Source: Megasphaera sp. UBA5897 (lineage in GTDB: Bacteria > Bacillota > Negativicutes > Veillonellales > Megasphaeraceae). Taken from it: DNA of 64,000 bases. Under the pieces are notes generated by a model. It was given only the letters and a program-made list of their open reading frames with translations. It made no database searches and was not told where the DNA came from. Each line of letters starts with the position of its first letter. Within the stretch, counting starts at the first letter, position 1. Positions 21,379 through 31,853 of this stretch are shown here, piece after piece. Position numbers and translations under genes: made by a program. The stretch covers positions 2,371 through 66,370 of the forward strand of contig DJEN01000050.1 of the NCBI GenBank assembly GCA_002431345.1, given 5' to 3'.

Positions 21379-21563
21379 CAACTGTATCACTGATGGCTAG
21401 TAGGAAGGGGGATGTATGACCGTTCTTTACTAGCCATTTCACATGGTATACAAGATACAATAAAAAATGTGAGAAAAGTATGAACAAAAAGGTTGCCCCA
21501 GTATGGTAAATGAGTGTATAATTTTCCCATATGAAAGAAGATCTACAGAGGGAGTGTTAGTTG

Positions 21564-24173
21564 ATGAAGTATATGACGGGTAATGAAATCCGCAAAGCTT
21601 ATTTGCAATTCTTTAAGAATAAGGAACATTTGATTTTACACAGTTTTCCTTTGATTCCCAAGAATGATCCGAGCTTGCTGTTGATTGGCGCTGGCATGGC
21701 ACCGCTAAAACCATATTTTACAGGTAAATTAGTACCACCATCATACCGTGTTACGACAAGCCAGAAATGTATTCGGACCGGTGATATTGACAATGTCGGC
21801 CGTACAGCTCGTCATCATACGTTTTTTGAAATGCTGGGCAATTTTTCTTTTGGTAATTATTTCAAAAAAGAAGCTATTTCCTGGGCATGGGAATTTTTGA
21901 CTAAAGTCCTGGAATTAGATACAGATAAATTATATGTTACGATTTATCCGGACGACAAAGAAGCCTATGACTATTGGCACAACATGATTGGCCTGGCTGA
22001 TGAACGCATCTTTAAATTTGAAGATAATTTCTGGGAAATCGGTGAAGGACCCTGCGGCCCGGACAGTGAAATTTTCTATGATTTGGGACCGGAACGGGGC
22101 TGCGGCAAACCGACGTGCACCGTTGGCTGCGACTGCGACCGCTATCTGGAAATTTGGAACTTGGTATTTACACAGTATAATCGTACCAAAGACGGCAAGT
22201 ACGTGCCCCTCGAAAAGAAAAACATTGATACGGGCTGCGGCTTGGAACGCTTGGCTTCGGTTATTCAGCAGAAAGAATCCAACTTTGAAACGGATTTGAT
22301 TTTCCCGATTATTGAAAAAGTTATTTCTATCTGTCACGGTGATTACAGCGACCCGCAGCAAAAAGTGGCTATGAAGGTCATTGCAGACCATATCCGTGCG
22401 ATTACGGTCATGATTTCCGATGGTATTTTGCCGTCGAATGAAGGCCGCGGCTATGTACTGCGCCGTATCCTCCGCCGTGCTGTCCGTTTTGGCCGTTTGC
22501 TGGGCATCAAAGAATTGTTCCTGAGCAGCCTGGTAGATACGGTCATGGATATCTTAGGTGAAGAATATCCGGAACTTCGTGAACATGAAGAACTGATTAA
22601 AAAAGTTATTGATACAGAAGAAAAACAATTCAGTGCTACGTTGGCACAGGGCATGGAACTGCTCAACCAGCTCATGGCAAATGCCGGTGCTTCCAAAGAA
22701 TTGGCAGGGAAAGATGTATTTAAACTGTATGATACATATGGCTTCCCTGTAGAATTGACAGAAGAAATCGCACAGGAAAACGGCATCGCCATTGACCAAA
22801 AAGGGTTTGACGCAGCCATGAAGGAACAGCAGGAACGGGCGCGTGCTGCCCGTGCGGATGTATCTGCCAAAGTAGCTACGCCGGATACAACGAAATTAGA
22901 TCAAAGCAAATTGGTCAACGATGTAAATGCTGTCAAAGCAACCGTTGCTATGCTGGGCAAGGACGGTGTAGAAATCCAAGAAGCACATGATGGAGAAGAA
23001 ATAACGATTATCTTGGATTCCAACCCCTTCCATGCAGAAGGCGGTGGCCAGCTGGGTGATACAGGTACGCTGACAGGCAGTGAAGGCAAAGCAGACGTAA
23101 CAGATGCAAAAGCGCTTCCGAATGGCCTGGTATATTTGATTGCAACAATTACAGAAGGCGTTATTCATACAGGTGATGCATTGGATATTGCTGTAGATAA
23201 AGAACGCAACTTGGCATTGGCACGCAATCATACGGCAACGCATCTTTTGCAGGCAGCACTCCGCAAAGTACTGGGAAATCATGTCAACCAGGCCGGTTCT
23301 CTCGTTACACCCGATCATCTGCGCTTTGATTTTACACATTTCTCTCCTGTAACAGCTGCAGAATTGGCAGAAGTAGAACGCATGGTAAATGCAGAAATTT
23401 TGAAGAATATCCCCGTAACGATTGAAGAAATGCCGCTGGATGCAGCAAAAGAAAAGGGAGCCATGGCACTCTTTGGCGAAAAATACGGCGATGTCGTTCG
23501 CGTCGTATCAGTTGATGATTTCAGCTGTGAACTGTGCGGCGGCTCACATGTACCTTCGACAGCAGTTATCGGTACATTCCGTATTTTGTCTGAATCCGGC
23601 ACAGGAACAGGCGTACGGCGTATTGAAGCCGTAACCGGCGCTGCCGCATTGAAAAAAGCAGAAGATGATACAGCAGAATTGAATCAGCTGGCTCTCTTGC
23701 TGAAAACCAAAACAGCTAATCTGCCGGAAAAAGTACAGCAGGTATTGGCACAGTGGAAAGATACAGAAAAAGAACTGCAGCAGCTGAAAAAAGAAGCCGC
23801 TCTTTCGGATGTAGACAGTATTTTGGCATCGTCAGAAGATATTGCCGGCGTACCCGTTGTAGCTGCTGCTGCTCAGGCTGATTCGATGGACAGCCTGCGT
23901 GATTTGGCAGATACTATTATGGACAAAATCGGCCGCGGCGTAGTTTTGCTGGGAACAGCCAATGGAGATAAAGTAAATTTCGTCTGCAAAGTAGCAAAAG
24001 CAGATACAAAACAAGGCCTTCATGCCGGCAAGATTATCAAAGCTGCCGCACAGGCTGCCGGCGGCAACGGCGGCGGTCGTCCGGATATGGCACAGGCTGG
24101 CGGCAAAGAACCTGAAAAAATTGCAGATGCACTTACTGCCGGAAAAGAAGCCGTTCGTGGATTGCTCGGCTGA
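21564..24173 (+). CDS. alaS: Alanine-tRNA ligase
   Basis: RHHTFFEMLGNFS, HTATHLL, ELCGGSHV, GGGRPDMAQAGG. Confidence 0.97.
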   Translation: MKYMTGNEIRKAYLQFFKNKEHLILHSFPLIPKNDPSLLLIGAGMAPLKPYFTGKLVPPSYRVTTSQKCIRTGDIDNVGRTARHHTFFEMLGNFSFGNYFKKEAISWAWEFLTKVLELDTDKLYVTIYPDDKEAYDYWHNMIGLADERIFKFEDNFWEIGEGPCGPDSEIFYDLGPERGCGKPTCTVGCDCDRYLEIWNLVFTQYNRTKDGKYVPLEKKNIDTGCGLERLASVIQQKESNFETDLIFPIIEKVISICHGDYSDPQQKVAMKVIADHIRAITVMISDGILPSNEGRGYVLRRILRRAVRFGRLLGIKELFLSSLVDTVMDILGEEYPELREHEELIKKVIDTEEKQFSATLAQGMELLNQLMANAGASKELAGKDVFKLYDTYGFPVELTEEIAQENGIAIDQKGFDAAMKEQQERARAARADVSAKVATPDTTKLDQSKLVNDVNAVKATVAMLGKDGVEIQEAHDGEEITIILDSNPFHAEGGGQLGDTGTLTGSEGKADVTDAKALPNGLVYLIATITEGVIHTGDALDIAVDKERNLALARNHTATHLLQAALRKVLGNHVNQAGSLVTPDHLRFDFTHFSPVTAAELAEVERMVNAEILKNIPVTIEEMPLDAAKEKGAMALFGEKYGDVVRVVSVDDFSCELCGGSHVPSTAVIGTFRILSESGTGTGVRRIEAVTGAAALKKAEDDTAELNQLALLLKTKTANLPEKVQQVLAQWKDTEKELQQLKKEAALSDVDSILASSEDIAGVPVVAAAAQADSMDSLRDLADTIMDKIGRGVVLLGTANGDKVNFVCKVAKADTKQGLHAGKIIKAAAQAAGGNGGGRPDMAQAGGKEPEKIADALTAGKEAVRGLLG

Positions 24174-24210
24174 TGTATTTTGACCGCAAGGTCGCAAAGG
24201 ATGTGATTAT

Positions 24211-24471
24211 ATGGCAATTAGCGATGAAACGATGATCGTGAAAAACAGAAATGAAGAGCAGACAGTTGCCTCGATGATTTTGGAAGACGTATATCATGCA
24301 TTGGAAGAAAAAGGGTATAATCCGGTAAATCAGATTGTAGGCTATTTGCTGTCCGGTGATCCGACCTATATTACCAGTCATAATAATGCACGCAGCAATA
24401 TTCGCCGTATTGAACGGGATGAATTGATTGAAGAATTAGTTCGTTCTTATGTCAAACAGCGCGGATTATAA
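24211..24471 (+). CDS. IreB/ReoM family protein (UPF0297)
   Basis: [22 protein letters not shown]; alaS-ireB-ruvX synteny. Confidence 0.93.
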   Translation: MAISDETMIVKNRNEEQTVASMILEDVYHALEEKGYNPVNQIVGYLLSGDPTYITSHNNARSNIRRIERDELIEELVRSYVKQRGL

Positions 24472-24479
24472 GAGCAGAT

Positions 24480-24914
24480 ATGCGGATTTTAGGATTAGAT
24501 GTTGGCTCCAAAACCATAGGTGTAGCCTGCAGTGACGCCTTGCTGATTACGGCGCAGGGAGTAGAAACGATACAACGGACTTCTAAAAAGAAGGATTTTG
24601 CCAGATTGCGGGCCTTAGTTGCAGAAAAAGAGGTACACTGTATTGTCGTAGGCAAGCCGCGTCATATGAATGGAGATTACAGCGAAAACATCGCAAAAAT
24701 AGAAGAGTTTGTCAATGATTTAAGCAAGACCATGCCCAAGATGAAATTTGTCTATTGGGATGAACGCCTGACAACCGTCATGGCCCAGCAAGTATTAATG
24801 GCAGGCAATGTGCGGCGGGAAAAGAGAAAACAGTATGTCGATAAAATGGCTGCTGTACTCATATTACAAAACTATTTAGACGCTCAAGGAGGCTCTACAT
24901 GGCAGACGAAATGA
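24480..24914 (+). CDS. ruvX: Pre-16S rRNA nuclease / YqgF-RuvX
   Basis: LGLDVGSKTIGVA, DERLTT, DKMAAVLILQ. Confidence 0.93.
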   Translation: MRILGLDVGSKTIGVACSDALLITAQGVETIQRTSKKKDFARLRALVAEKEVHCIVVGKPRHMNGDYSENIAKIEEFVNDLSKTMPKMKFVYWDERLTTVMAQQVLMAGNVRREKRKQYVDKMAAVLILQNYLDAQGGSTWQTK

Positions 24915-25189
24915 ATGAATTAGAAGAAGTATATGTCGTTACAGCTACAGATGATAATGGCAACGAAGTAGAATACCAAGAAGTACAGCGTATTGACATA
25001 GACGGCAAGACATTTTCTCTTCTTGTCGAATTATGTGAAGACGGCTGTGACTGTGAAGGTGATGCGATTATTGCCCGTATCGATAAAGAAAACGGGGAAG
25101 ATGTATATGTAGCACCTACGGATGAAGAATTTGAAGCAGCTAATCAAAAATTTGATGAATTAGCAGCTGCCAGCGCAGCAGAAGAATAA
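24899..25189 (+). CDS. DUF1292-family acidic protein
   Basis: Small acidic protein following ruvX, as in the conserved Firmicute cluster. Confidence 0.75.
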   Translation: MADEMNELEEVYVVTATDDNGNEVEYQEVQRIDIDGKTFSLLVELCEDGCDCEGDAIIARIDKENGEDVYVAPTDEEFEAANQKFDELAAASAAEE

Positions 25190-25204
25190 GCCCGTAAGAT
25201 AACG

Positions 25205-25250
25205 AAAAAAGGACTGTCGCATTAGAGTATCTATATGCACAGTCCTTTTT
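25205..25250 (+). terminator. Terminator-like inverted repeat
   Basis: AAAAAAGGACTGT...ACAGTCCTTTTT. Confidence 0.65.
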
Positions 25251-25269
25251 GTATGGAAAAGAGGAGTCT

Positions 25270-26163
25270 ATGGAATTACCAACAATACAAGAATTAAAAA
25301 ACTTCATTATTTATAGTAAATACCGTAACTTTACGGCGGCTGCCAACGCAGCCAATATTACGCAGTCTGCTTTCAGCACGCAAATGAAGAAGCTGGAAGA
25401 TATCGTTGGCGTATGCCTCATTGAACGTTCCAACAAAGGCAGCCATTTGACTCCGGATGGAGAAGTGTTTTATGAAAAAGTATCCCATATCCTCAGTGAT
25501 TTGGAAGGAACGATTTTAGACTTGCAGGGCCGCCACGGCCAGGTACAGTCTTTGGCTGTAGGAATTATGCTGTCCTTGGGAGATGTCCATATGAACCGGC
25601 ATATCGCGTATTTTCAAAAGCATCATAATGAAGCTTCGTTTCGCGTATACAATCTGGAATTTCGTGAACTGCTGCAATGGCTGAAAGAAGATAAGCTGGA
25701 TATCGTGTCGCTGTTTTATTTGCCGACAGTCGATTTGAGTGCGTATGAAAAAGTGTTTTTTGGTGAAGAAACGTTTATTTATTATGGCCCTAATATGGAA
25801 CTATCGAGTAACAGCGTAACCGCTCAATTTGCAGCTGCTCAGCCTTTGGCGCAGTATTCACCGCAGTACGTCATGAATTCCTATATTAATGAGTATTTTA
25901 CGAAAAACAACTGTCCGCCTGCCAAGACGCAGGCTTGGTTTTCTACGCCGTATGCAATCATGAATTACTGCCAGCAAAACCGCATTGGGGCTTTACTGCC
26001 AAAACGGTTTCTGTCTGCCATGGGGGTCATCGGCGGTTATGCCGAATTAAAGCCGATCCTGCAGATTCCCTGCTGTTTAGTGTATAAAAAAGAAAATCCC
26101 AAATATAAAACAATTCAAATTTTTATTGATTATATGCGCCAAGTTTATCATTTAAAAAAGTAA
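25270..26163 (+). CDS. LysR-family transcriptional regulator
   Basis: NFTAAANAANITQSAFSTQMKKLE helix-turn-helix. Confidence 0.92.
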   Translation: MELPTIQELKNFIIYSKYRNFTAAANAANITQSAFSTQMKKLEDIVGVCLIERSNKGSHLTPDGEVFYEKVSHILSDLEGTILDLQGRHGQVQSLAVGIMLSLGDVHMNRHIAYFQKHHNEASFRVYNLEFRELLQWLKEDKLDIVSLFYLPTVDLSAYEKVFFGEETFIYYGPNMELSSNSVTAQFAAAQPLAQYSPQYVMNSYINEYFTKNNCPPAKTQAWFSTPYAIMNYCQQNRIGALLPKRFLSAMGVIGGYAELKPILQIPCCLVYKKENPKYKTIQIFIDYMRQVYHLKK

Positions 26164-26279
26164 TCATATATCCGTCCAGCCATCGTTTTAAATGATGACT
26201 GGTATCTTTTTTTTCCATTATACAAACTGCTTTTGCTGGTGTAAAATCTGTTTTGCTAGTGAAAGGAGCATGATAAAAG

Positions 26280-27503
26280 ATGTCGGAACAATCTTCGTTG
26301 TGGAATAAAGATTTTCTACTCGATACGGGAATCAATTTTGTTGTATATCTTATTTATTATTTATTAATGGTTATTATTGCTGTTGTTGCCAAAGATGAAC
26401 TGCATGCCTCGCTGGGCGAAGCAGGACTGGCTTCGGGAATTTTTATTGTAGGTACGCTGCTGGCACGGCTGCAGCTGGGAAAAGCCATTGAATTATACGG
26501 ACGCAAACGTTCTTTATATTGCGGCATTGTAATGTATCTGGTTACAACGCTATTATATTTTTATATTCCGAACTTATCCATCCTCTATGGCATCCGCTTT
26601 TTTAACGGCATGGCGTATGGGATTGTATCGACGGCTACCAATACGATTGTTGCCTCCTGTATTCCGCAGAATAAACGAGGCGAAGGAATCAACTATTATG
26701 GCCTAAGCACCAGCTTGGCTGCTGCTATCGGGCCATTCCTGGGGATGTTCCTGATTATGGTAACTAACTTCCGCTTTATCGTTACCTTCTGTTCCATTCT
26801 CGTCGTGCTGTGCATGATTGGCTGTGTATTCCTTCATATTGACGAAATGGACTTGACTATAGAACAAGCCACGAAAATGAAAGCCATGACGCTCAACAAC
26901 TACGTCGAATACCGCGGTTTCGCTATTTCAGCAATTGGCTTTTTGATGGGCTTTGCCTATTCCAGTGTCTTGTCTTTTCTGGCTGCCTATGCACGGGAAA
27001 TACATCTCGTCCAGGCTGGTACTTTTTTCTTCGTCGTCTATGCCGTTGTCATTACGATGACACGTCCATTGACCGGCGTTATCTTTGATAAAAAAGGAGA
27101 AAACTACGTATTGTATCCGTGTTATCTTTGCTTAGCTGTTGGCCTGTATCTCCTTCATATTACAGGTTCTTCTTGGCAGTTGCTGCTGGCTGGTGTATTT
27201 GTCGGGCTTGGCTATGGTACGTTTATGTCCAATGGACAAGCTGTCTGCATCAAATTGACACCGCCGTATCGTGTCAGCGTAGCGCTTTCCACGTATTTTG
27301 TTGCGTTGGATTTGGGCATTGGCGTCGGCCCATATGTCTTAGGCAGCTTGCACGGCGTATTGACATTCCCGCAGCTGTACGCGGTAGCAGCTGTCATTGC
27401 GGTTGTTTGCTTCTTCCTATACTATTTCTTCTACGGAAGAAAAATCAAGTACATCAACCGCGCTGTCCATATGCAGCAATTTAACCCGGAAAATGATATG
27501 TAG
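26280..27503 (+). CDS. MFS transporter
   Basis: About 12 hydrophobic segments, motif A-like ELYGRKR, AIGPFLG. Confidence 0.9.
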   Translation: MSEQSSLWNKDFLLDTGINFVVYLIYYLLMVIIAVVAKDELHASLGEAGLASGIFIVGTLLARLQLGKAIELYGRKRSLYCGIVMYLVTTLLYFYIPNLSILYGIRFFNGMAYGIVSTATNTIVASCIPQNKRGEGINYYGLSTSLAAAIGPFLGMFLIMVTNFRFIVTFCSILVVLCMIGCVFLHIDEMDLTIEQATKMKAMTLNNYVEYRGFAISAIGFLMGFAYSSVLSFLAAYAREIHLVQAGTFFFVVYAVVITMTRPLTGVIFDKKGENYVLYPCYLCLAVGLYLLHITGSSWQLLLAGVFVGLGYGTFMSNGQAVCIKLTPPYRVSVALSTYFVALDLGIGVGPYVLGSLHGVLTFPQLYAVAAVIAVVCFFLYYFFYGRKIKYINRAVHMQQFNPENDM

Positions 27504-27520
27504 CTCCTGCTGTACACTGT

Positions 27521-27561
27521 AAGAGTACTGCATTCTTTTTTAAGAGTGCAGTACTCTTTTT
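27521..27561 (+). terminator. Intrinsic terminator after the MFS gene
   Basis: AAGAGTACTGCA..TGCAGTACTCTTTTT. Confidence 0.75.
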
Positions 27562-27673
27562 GTATACGATGGGATATACATTCTCCAAGCGTATTGACGA
27601 AACTGGACAAAACCCGTATAGTGAAAATATAGAAAAACGTTGTGCATGATATTGGGAATAGGAGGTATACCGC

Positions 27674-28057
27674 ATGAAAACAATAACCGTATATGGATGC
27701 CAAGAAGAAAAACGAGTATGGATAGGACTGGGAAATATGGCAGATACAATCGTTATGAACGGCATATCCTGGTCGGCTTTGAAAGCAGGTGCTGTCGATG
27801 CAGCTAAAGAAAAACATGTTCCTGCCGTGACAAGGCAGGGAACTGCGCTGACTGTGACGGTAGGCTCAATGATCCATCCCATGGAAGAAAAACACTATAT
27901 TGAATGGATTGCCGTTGTAACAGATACGCAAATTGATGTACGCTATCTGCAGCCTGGCGAAGAACCGCAAGCGGCATTTACCGTGCAGGGCCCGGGTGAA
28001 GTCTATGCATACTGCAATCTGCATGGACTGTGGAAAGCGGCTATACCGGATGCCTGA
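27674..28057 (+). CDS. Superoxide reductase (desulfoferrodoxin family)
   Basis: EKHVP, HPM...HYIEW, CNLHGLW Fe ligands; GGAGGT RBS before 27674. Confidence 0.92.
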   Translation: MKTITVYGCQEEKRVWIGLGNMADTIVMNGISWSALKAGAVDAAKEKHVPAVTRQGTALTVTVGSMIHPMEEKHYIEWIAVVTDTQIDVRYLQPGEEPQAAFTVQGPGEVYAYCNLHGLWKAAIPDA

Positions 28058-28154
28058 CAGCGCATATTTTCATACCGTGCGTTTGAAAAAAAAGCCAAGT
28101 ATGCGGCAGTTTTGGGGCAAAAGATATAATTTTTTCAAATAATTGAAATTCGCA

Positions 28155-28181
28155 GAAGGAAATCCCGTTCTTTTGTGGAAT
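28155..28181 (+). promoter_or_regulatory. Putative sigmaH promoter of hpf
   Basis: GAAGGA-17 bp-GAAT matches the B. subtilis-type sigmaH consensus. Confidence 0.6.
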
Positions 28182-28256
28182 ACTATATATATAAGGGAAG
28201 TGAAGGTAGAAATCAACTGTTCTATTGAGCTCCCCCATGAAAGGAAGGGATGTTTT

Positions 28257-28781
28257 ATGGTAACCGTCGTTAGAGGTAAGAATTTAGAAATTACATCGGC
28301 TTTGAAAGATCATGTATTGAAACAAGAAAAGAAAGTTACAAAGTATTTTGACAATGAAGTAAATGTACAGGCTCTCCTTTCTGTAGAAAAAGATCGCAAA
28401 ATTGCTGAAATTACGTTGAAAGTAGACGGCGTCGTTCTCCGTGGCGTAGAAGCCAATGCCGATATGTACGCAGCTATTGATTTAGTCTATGATAAACTGG
28501 TTCGCCAGATTCATAAATATAAAACCAAAATTGCCCGCCGCATGAAGGCTGGCGAATTCAATGCTGCATTAGTCGAAGGTCCGGCAGATGCGGAAGAAAA
28601 ATTCGAAGTAGCGCGCACTAAAAAATTTGCGGCCCGCCCCATGGACGTAGAAGAAGCTATCTTGCAGATGAACCTCGTAGGACATGATTTCTTCGTATTC
28701 CTCAACGCAGAAACCGATACGATCAATGTCGTATACAAACGGAAACACGGCAAATATGGTTTGATTGAACCGGAATACTAA
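28257..28781 (+). CDS. hpf: Ribosome hibernation promoting factor (long HPF, RaiA family)
   Basis: RGKNLEIT, DMYAAID, PMDVEEAILQM..GHDFFVF, YGLIE. Confidence 0.95.
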   Translation: MVTVVRGKNLEITSALKDHVLKQEKKVTKYFDNEVNVQALLSVEKDRKIAEITLKVDGVVLRGVEANADMYAAIDLVYDKLVRQIHKYKTKIARRMKAGEFNAALVEGPADAEEKFEVARTKKFAARPMDVEEAILQMNLVGHDFFVFLNAETDTINVVYKRKHGKYGLIEPEY

Positions 28782-28820
28782 GTACCTGCAAAATGACAAC
28801 TGAATAGAATGCAACATACG

Positions 28821-28858
28821 AAAAGGACGATGCAGGCAACGTTTGCATCGTCCTTTTT
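28821..28858. terminator. Bidirectional terminator between hpf and the exonuclease III gene
   Basis: AAAAGGACGATGCA..TGCATCGTCCTTTT between convergent genes. Confidence 0.8.
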
Positions 28859-28874
28859 GATGAGCATCAAGTCG

Positions 28875-29627
28875 TTATTTCAATACCAGGCCAACCGGGC
28901 AATGGTCGCTGCCTGTAATATCTGTATAGATGTGGGCTTCGGCGAGTTTGTCGTCGAGGGAGGCTGACGTAATGAAATAGTCAATGCGCCATCCGGCGTT
29001 GTTTTGACGGGCTTTGAAACGGTAGCTCCACCAGGAATATACGCCTGTTGTATCCGGGTAGAAATACCGCCACGTATCGGTAAAGCCTGCCTGCAGGAGC
29101 TGTGTCATTTTTTGGCGTTCTTCGTCGGAAAAACCGGCGTTTTTGCGGTTGGTTTTCGGATTTTTCAAGTCGATTTCTTCATGGGCTACGTTGAGGTCGC
29201 CGCAGAGGATGACTGGCTTTTTGGTGTTGAGAGCCTGCAGGTAGGCACGGAAATCGTCTTCCCACTGCATGCGGTAGGGGAGACGGGCCAGTTCGTTTTG
29301 GCTGTTGGGCGTATAGCAGGTAATGAAATAAAAATCAGCAAATTCCAAGGTGATGAGCCGCCCTTCATGGTCGTGGGCGTCAATGCCCATGCCGTAGGAT
29401 ACGGCAAGCGGATGCTGCCGTGTAAATATGGCTGTGCCGCTGTACCCTTTTTTATCGGCGTAATTCCAATATTGTTCATAGCCGGGAAGTTCCAATTCGA
29501 TTTGTCCTTTTTGCAGTTTGGTTTCCTGCAGGCAGAAAATATCGGCGTCCAACGCACGGAAGGTATCCATAAATCCTTTTTTCATAGCGGCGCGGAGACC
29601 GTTGACGTTCCAAGAAATACATTTCAT
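28875..29627 (-). CDS. xth: Exodeoxyribonuclease III (AP endonuclease)
   Basis: SWNVNGLRA, CLQETK, GDLNVAH, GWRIDY, GSDHCP. Confidence 0.95.
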   Translation of the reverse strand: MKCISWNVNGLRAAMKKGFMDTFRALDADIFCLQETKLQKGQIELELPGYEQYWNYADKKGYSGTAIFTRQHPLAVSYGMGIDAHDHEGRLITLEFADFYFITCYTPNSQNELARLPYRMQWEDDFRAYLQALNTKKPVILCGDLNVAHEEIDLKNPKTNRKNAGFSDEERQKMTQLLQAGFTDTWRYFYPDTTGVYSWWSYRFKARQNNAGWRIDYFITSASLDDKLAEAHIYTDITGSDHCPVGLVLK

Positions 29628-29794
29628 ACGAATCAGCTTCTTTCTTTTTTTGATTTACTGTTATAATGCTAAATTTTTTGTTATAATAAAAGCAAAATAT
29701 TATTTTGATATAGTATAGCATAATTTCTACGCATACGTGTATGTTATTGTATAGAAAAGAACCATACTTGTCAAAACAGGAACAGGTGATACGA

Positions 29795-31432
29795 ATGGCA
29801 GTACATGAACTTGCAGGAACAAAAGTGCGAAAGGAAGATTATATTGATTTACAGGCTATAGCCAAGCAGTATGCAAATACGCATCCTGATGTCAGCAAGC
29901 CGCAGCAGCAAGTACGGTTTGGCACGTCGGGCCATCGCGGCCAGGCAGGAAACGGCAGTTTTACGGCAGACCATGTCGCAGCCATTGCCCAGGCTGTCTG
30001 CAATTTCCGCAAACAGTTTGGCGCAGAAGGCCCGCTGTTTGTCGGCGAAGATACGCATTATTTATCTAAGCTGGCCTATGAAACTGTATTAGGTGTTTTG
30101 GCTGCCAATGGTGTTACTGCCTATGTAGACAGCGAAGGCGATTTTGTCCCGACACCGTCTGTATCGCGGGCTATTTTGCGGTATAACGAAGGACGTACGG
30201 AAAAACTGGCTGACGGTTTGATTATTACACCGTCCCACAATCCGCCTGAACACGGCGGCATCAAATACAATCCGATTACAGGCGGCCCAGCTGAATCAGA
30301 TATTACGAAAGCCATTGAAACGGAAGCCAATCGACTGCTGGCTGCAGGGAATACAGAGGTAAAACAAATTGCCTATGCAGATGCCAAAGCAGGAACATTT
30401 GTCGTGCCGTATGATTATAAAGGCATGTATGTAGCAGAACTGGATTCGATTATTGATATGGATGTGATTCGCGACGCACATTTGCGTATTTTGGTGAATG
30501 CGTTGGGTGGCTCCGGCATGAATTACTGGCACCGCATTGCGGAAGTATATCACATTGATATTGATTTTGTAAATGATACATACGACCCGCAGTTTACGTT
30601 CATGAATTATGACCATGACGGCAAGGTGCGGATGGACTGCTCGTCGGCGTATGTCATGTCAGCAGTGACAAACAGCAAGGAACGGTATGATTTAATTCTG
30701 GCCAACGACCCGGACTATGACCGGTTTGGCATTGTATCAGGCGCACAAGGCATGATTTCTGCCAATGCCTATTTGACGGTAGCGGCCCATTATTTAATGA
30801 CGCACCGTAATTTTAAAGGCCGCGGCATTGCCAAGACCGTTGTCACGACGGATATGCTGGCCCGCGCAGCAAAAAAACTGGGGATTCCCTGCTATGAAGT
30901 ACCTGTAGGATTTAAGTATTTTGGCTCCTTGTATACGGAAGGGAAAATTGCCTTTTCTGGAGAAGAAAGTGCTGGCGGTTCTTTTGTTGCCAAAGACGGC
31001 AGTGTGTGGACGACGGATAAAGACGGTATGATTATGTGCTTGCTGGCAGCAGAAATCAAAGCTGTAACCGGCAAATCACCGATTGACTATTATAATGATT
31101 TATGCGAAACCTTAGGACGGCCGTATACGATGCGCAGCGATGCACCGGCTACGTTGGAAGAAAAGGCGAAGATAAGCGCGCTGACTGCAGCCGATGTGAC
31201 AGAAAAAAGTTTGTGCGGCAGTCCGATTACGGCTGTCTTGTCACAGTCTCCGTACGGTTCGTTTGCCATTGGCGGCGTCAAAATCGCGACTGAAAACGGC
31301 TGGGTAGCAGCCAGACCGTCCGGTACAGAAGATTTATACAAGCTGTATGCAGAAAGCTTTGTATCTGCCGATCAGGCCGACATGCTGCTGGAAGAAGGCA
31401 AAGCATTGATTTCTAAAGCACTGGCAAAATAA
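29795..31432 (+). CDS. pgm: Phosphoglucomutase (alpha-D-glucose phosphate-specific)
   Basis: FGTSGHRG, TPSHNPP, NDPDYDR, GEESAG, RPSGTE. Confidence 0.93.
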   Translation: MAVHELAGTKVRKEDYIDLQAIAKQYANTHPDVSKPQQQVRFGTSGHRGQAGNGSFTADHVAAIAQAVCNFRKQFGAEGPLFVGEDTHYLSKLAYETVLGVLAANGVTAYVDSEGDFVPTPSVSRAILRYNEGRTEKLADGLIITPSHNPPEHGGIKYNPITGGPAESDITKAIETEANRLLAAGNTEVKQIAYADAKAGTFVVPYDYKGMYVAELDSIIDMDVIRDAHLRILVNALGGSGMNYWHRIAEVYHIDIDFVNDTYDPQFTFMNYDHDGKVRMDCSSAYVMSAVTNSKERYDLILANDPDYDRFGIVSGAQGMISANAYLTVAAHYLMTHRNFKGRGIAKTVVTTDMLARAAKKLGIPCYEVPVGFKYFGSLYTEGKIAFSGEESAGGSFVAKDGSVWTTDKDGMIMCLLAAEIKAVTGKSPIDYYNDLCETLGRPYTMRSDAPATLEEKAKISALTAADVTEKSLCGSPITAVLSQSPYGSFAIGGVKIATENGWVAARPSGTEDLYKLYAESFVSADQADMLLEEGKALISKALAK

Positions 31433-31569
31433 AGAAGACGCGAAACGGCAGATTTTTGTGTTTCTCGCAGGCTTTCCCGTAGAATTTATATACAAGCAGT
31501 GGAATTTTTTGTATTACCTATGGTATAATAAACAGGCATGGAATTTGAATATAAAGGGGTGTATTATCC

Positions 31570-31842
31570 ATGAAAGTTGTTATTACGGTAGTCGGTGTGG
31601 ACCGGACAGGTATCATTGCGGCTGTCAGCCAGATTATGGCTGAAAACAAGGTGAACATTTTGACAATCAACCAGGTCATTTTAGATGGGATTTTTAACAT
31701 GGCCATGATTGTAGATTTGGACGAAGCATCCATTAGCTTGGATACATTGCAGGAATTGCTGAAAGCCAAAGGCGATGCACTCGGCGTTGAAATCAGAGCG
31801 CAAAACCGCAAAATCTTTGATGCCATGCATCGTGTAGGGTAA
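31570..31842 (+). CDS. ACT-domain protein (UPF0237)
   Basis: [13 protein letters not shown]...IFDAMHR. Confidence 0.9.
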   Translation: MKVVITVVGVDRTGIIAAVSQIMAENKVNILTINQVILDGIFNMAMIVDLDEASISLDTLQELLKAKGDALGVEIRAQNRKIFDAMHRVG

Positions 31843-31853
31843 GGAGACGTATC

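Noticed and set aside
21380..21560. Possible T-box leader for alaS
   Set aside because: No GGTGGTACCGCG-like T-box seen; only a hairpin after the NlpC/P60 gene and a probable promoter
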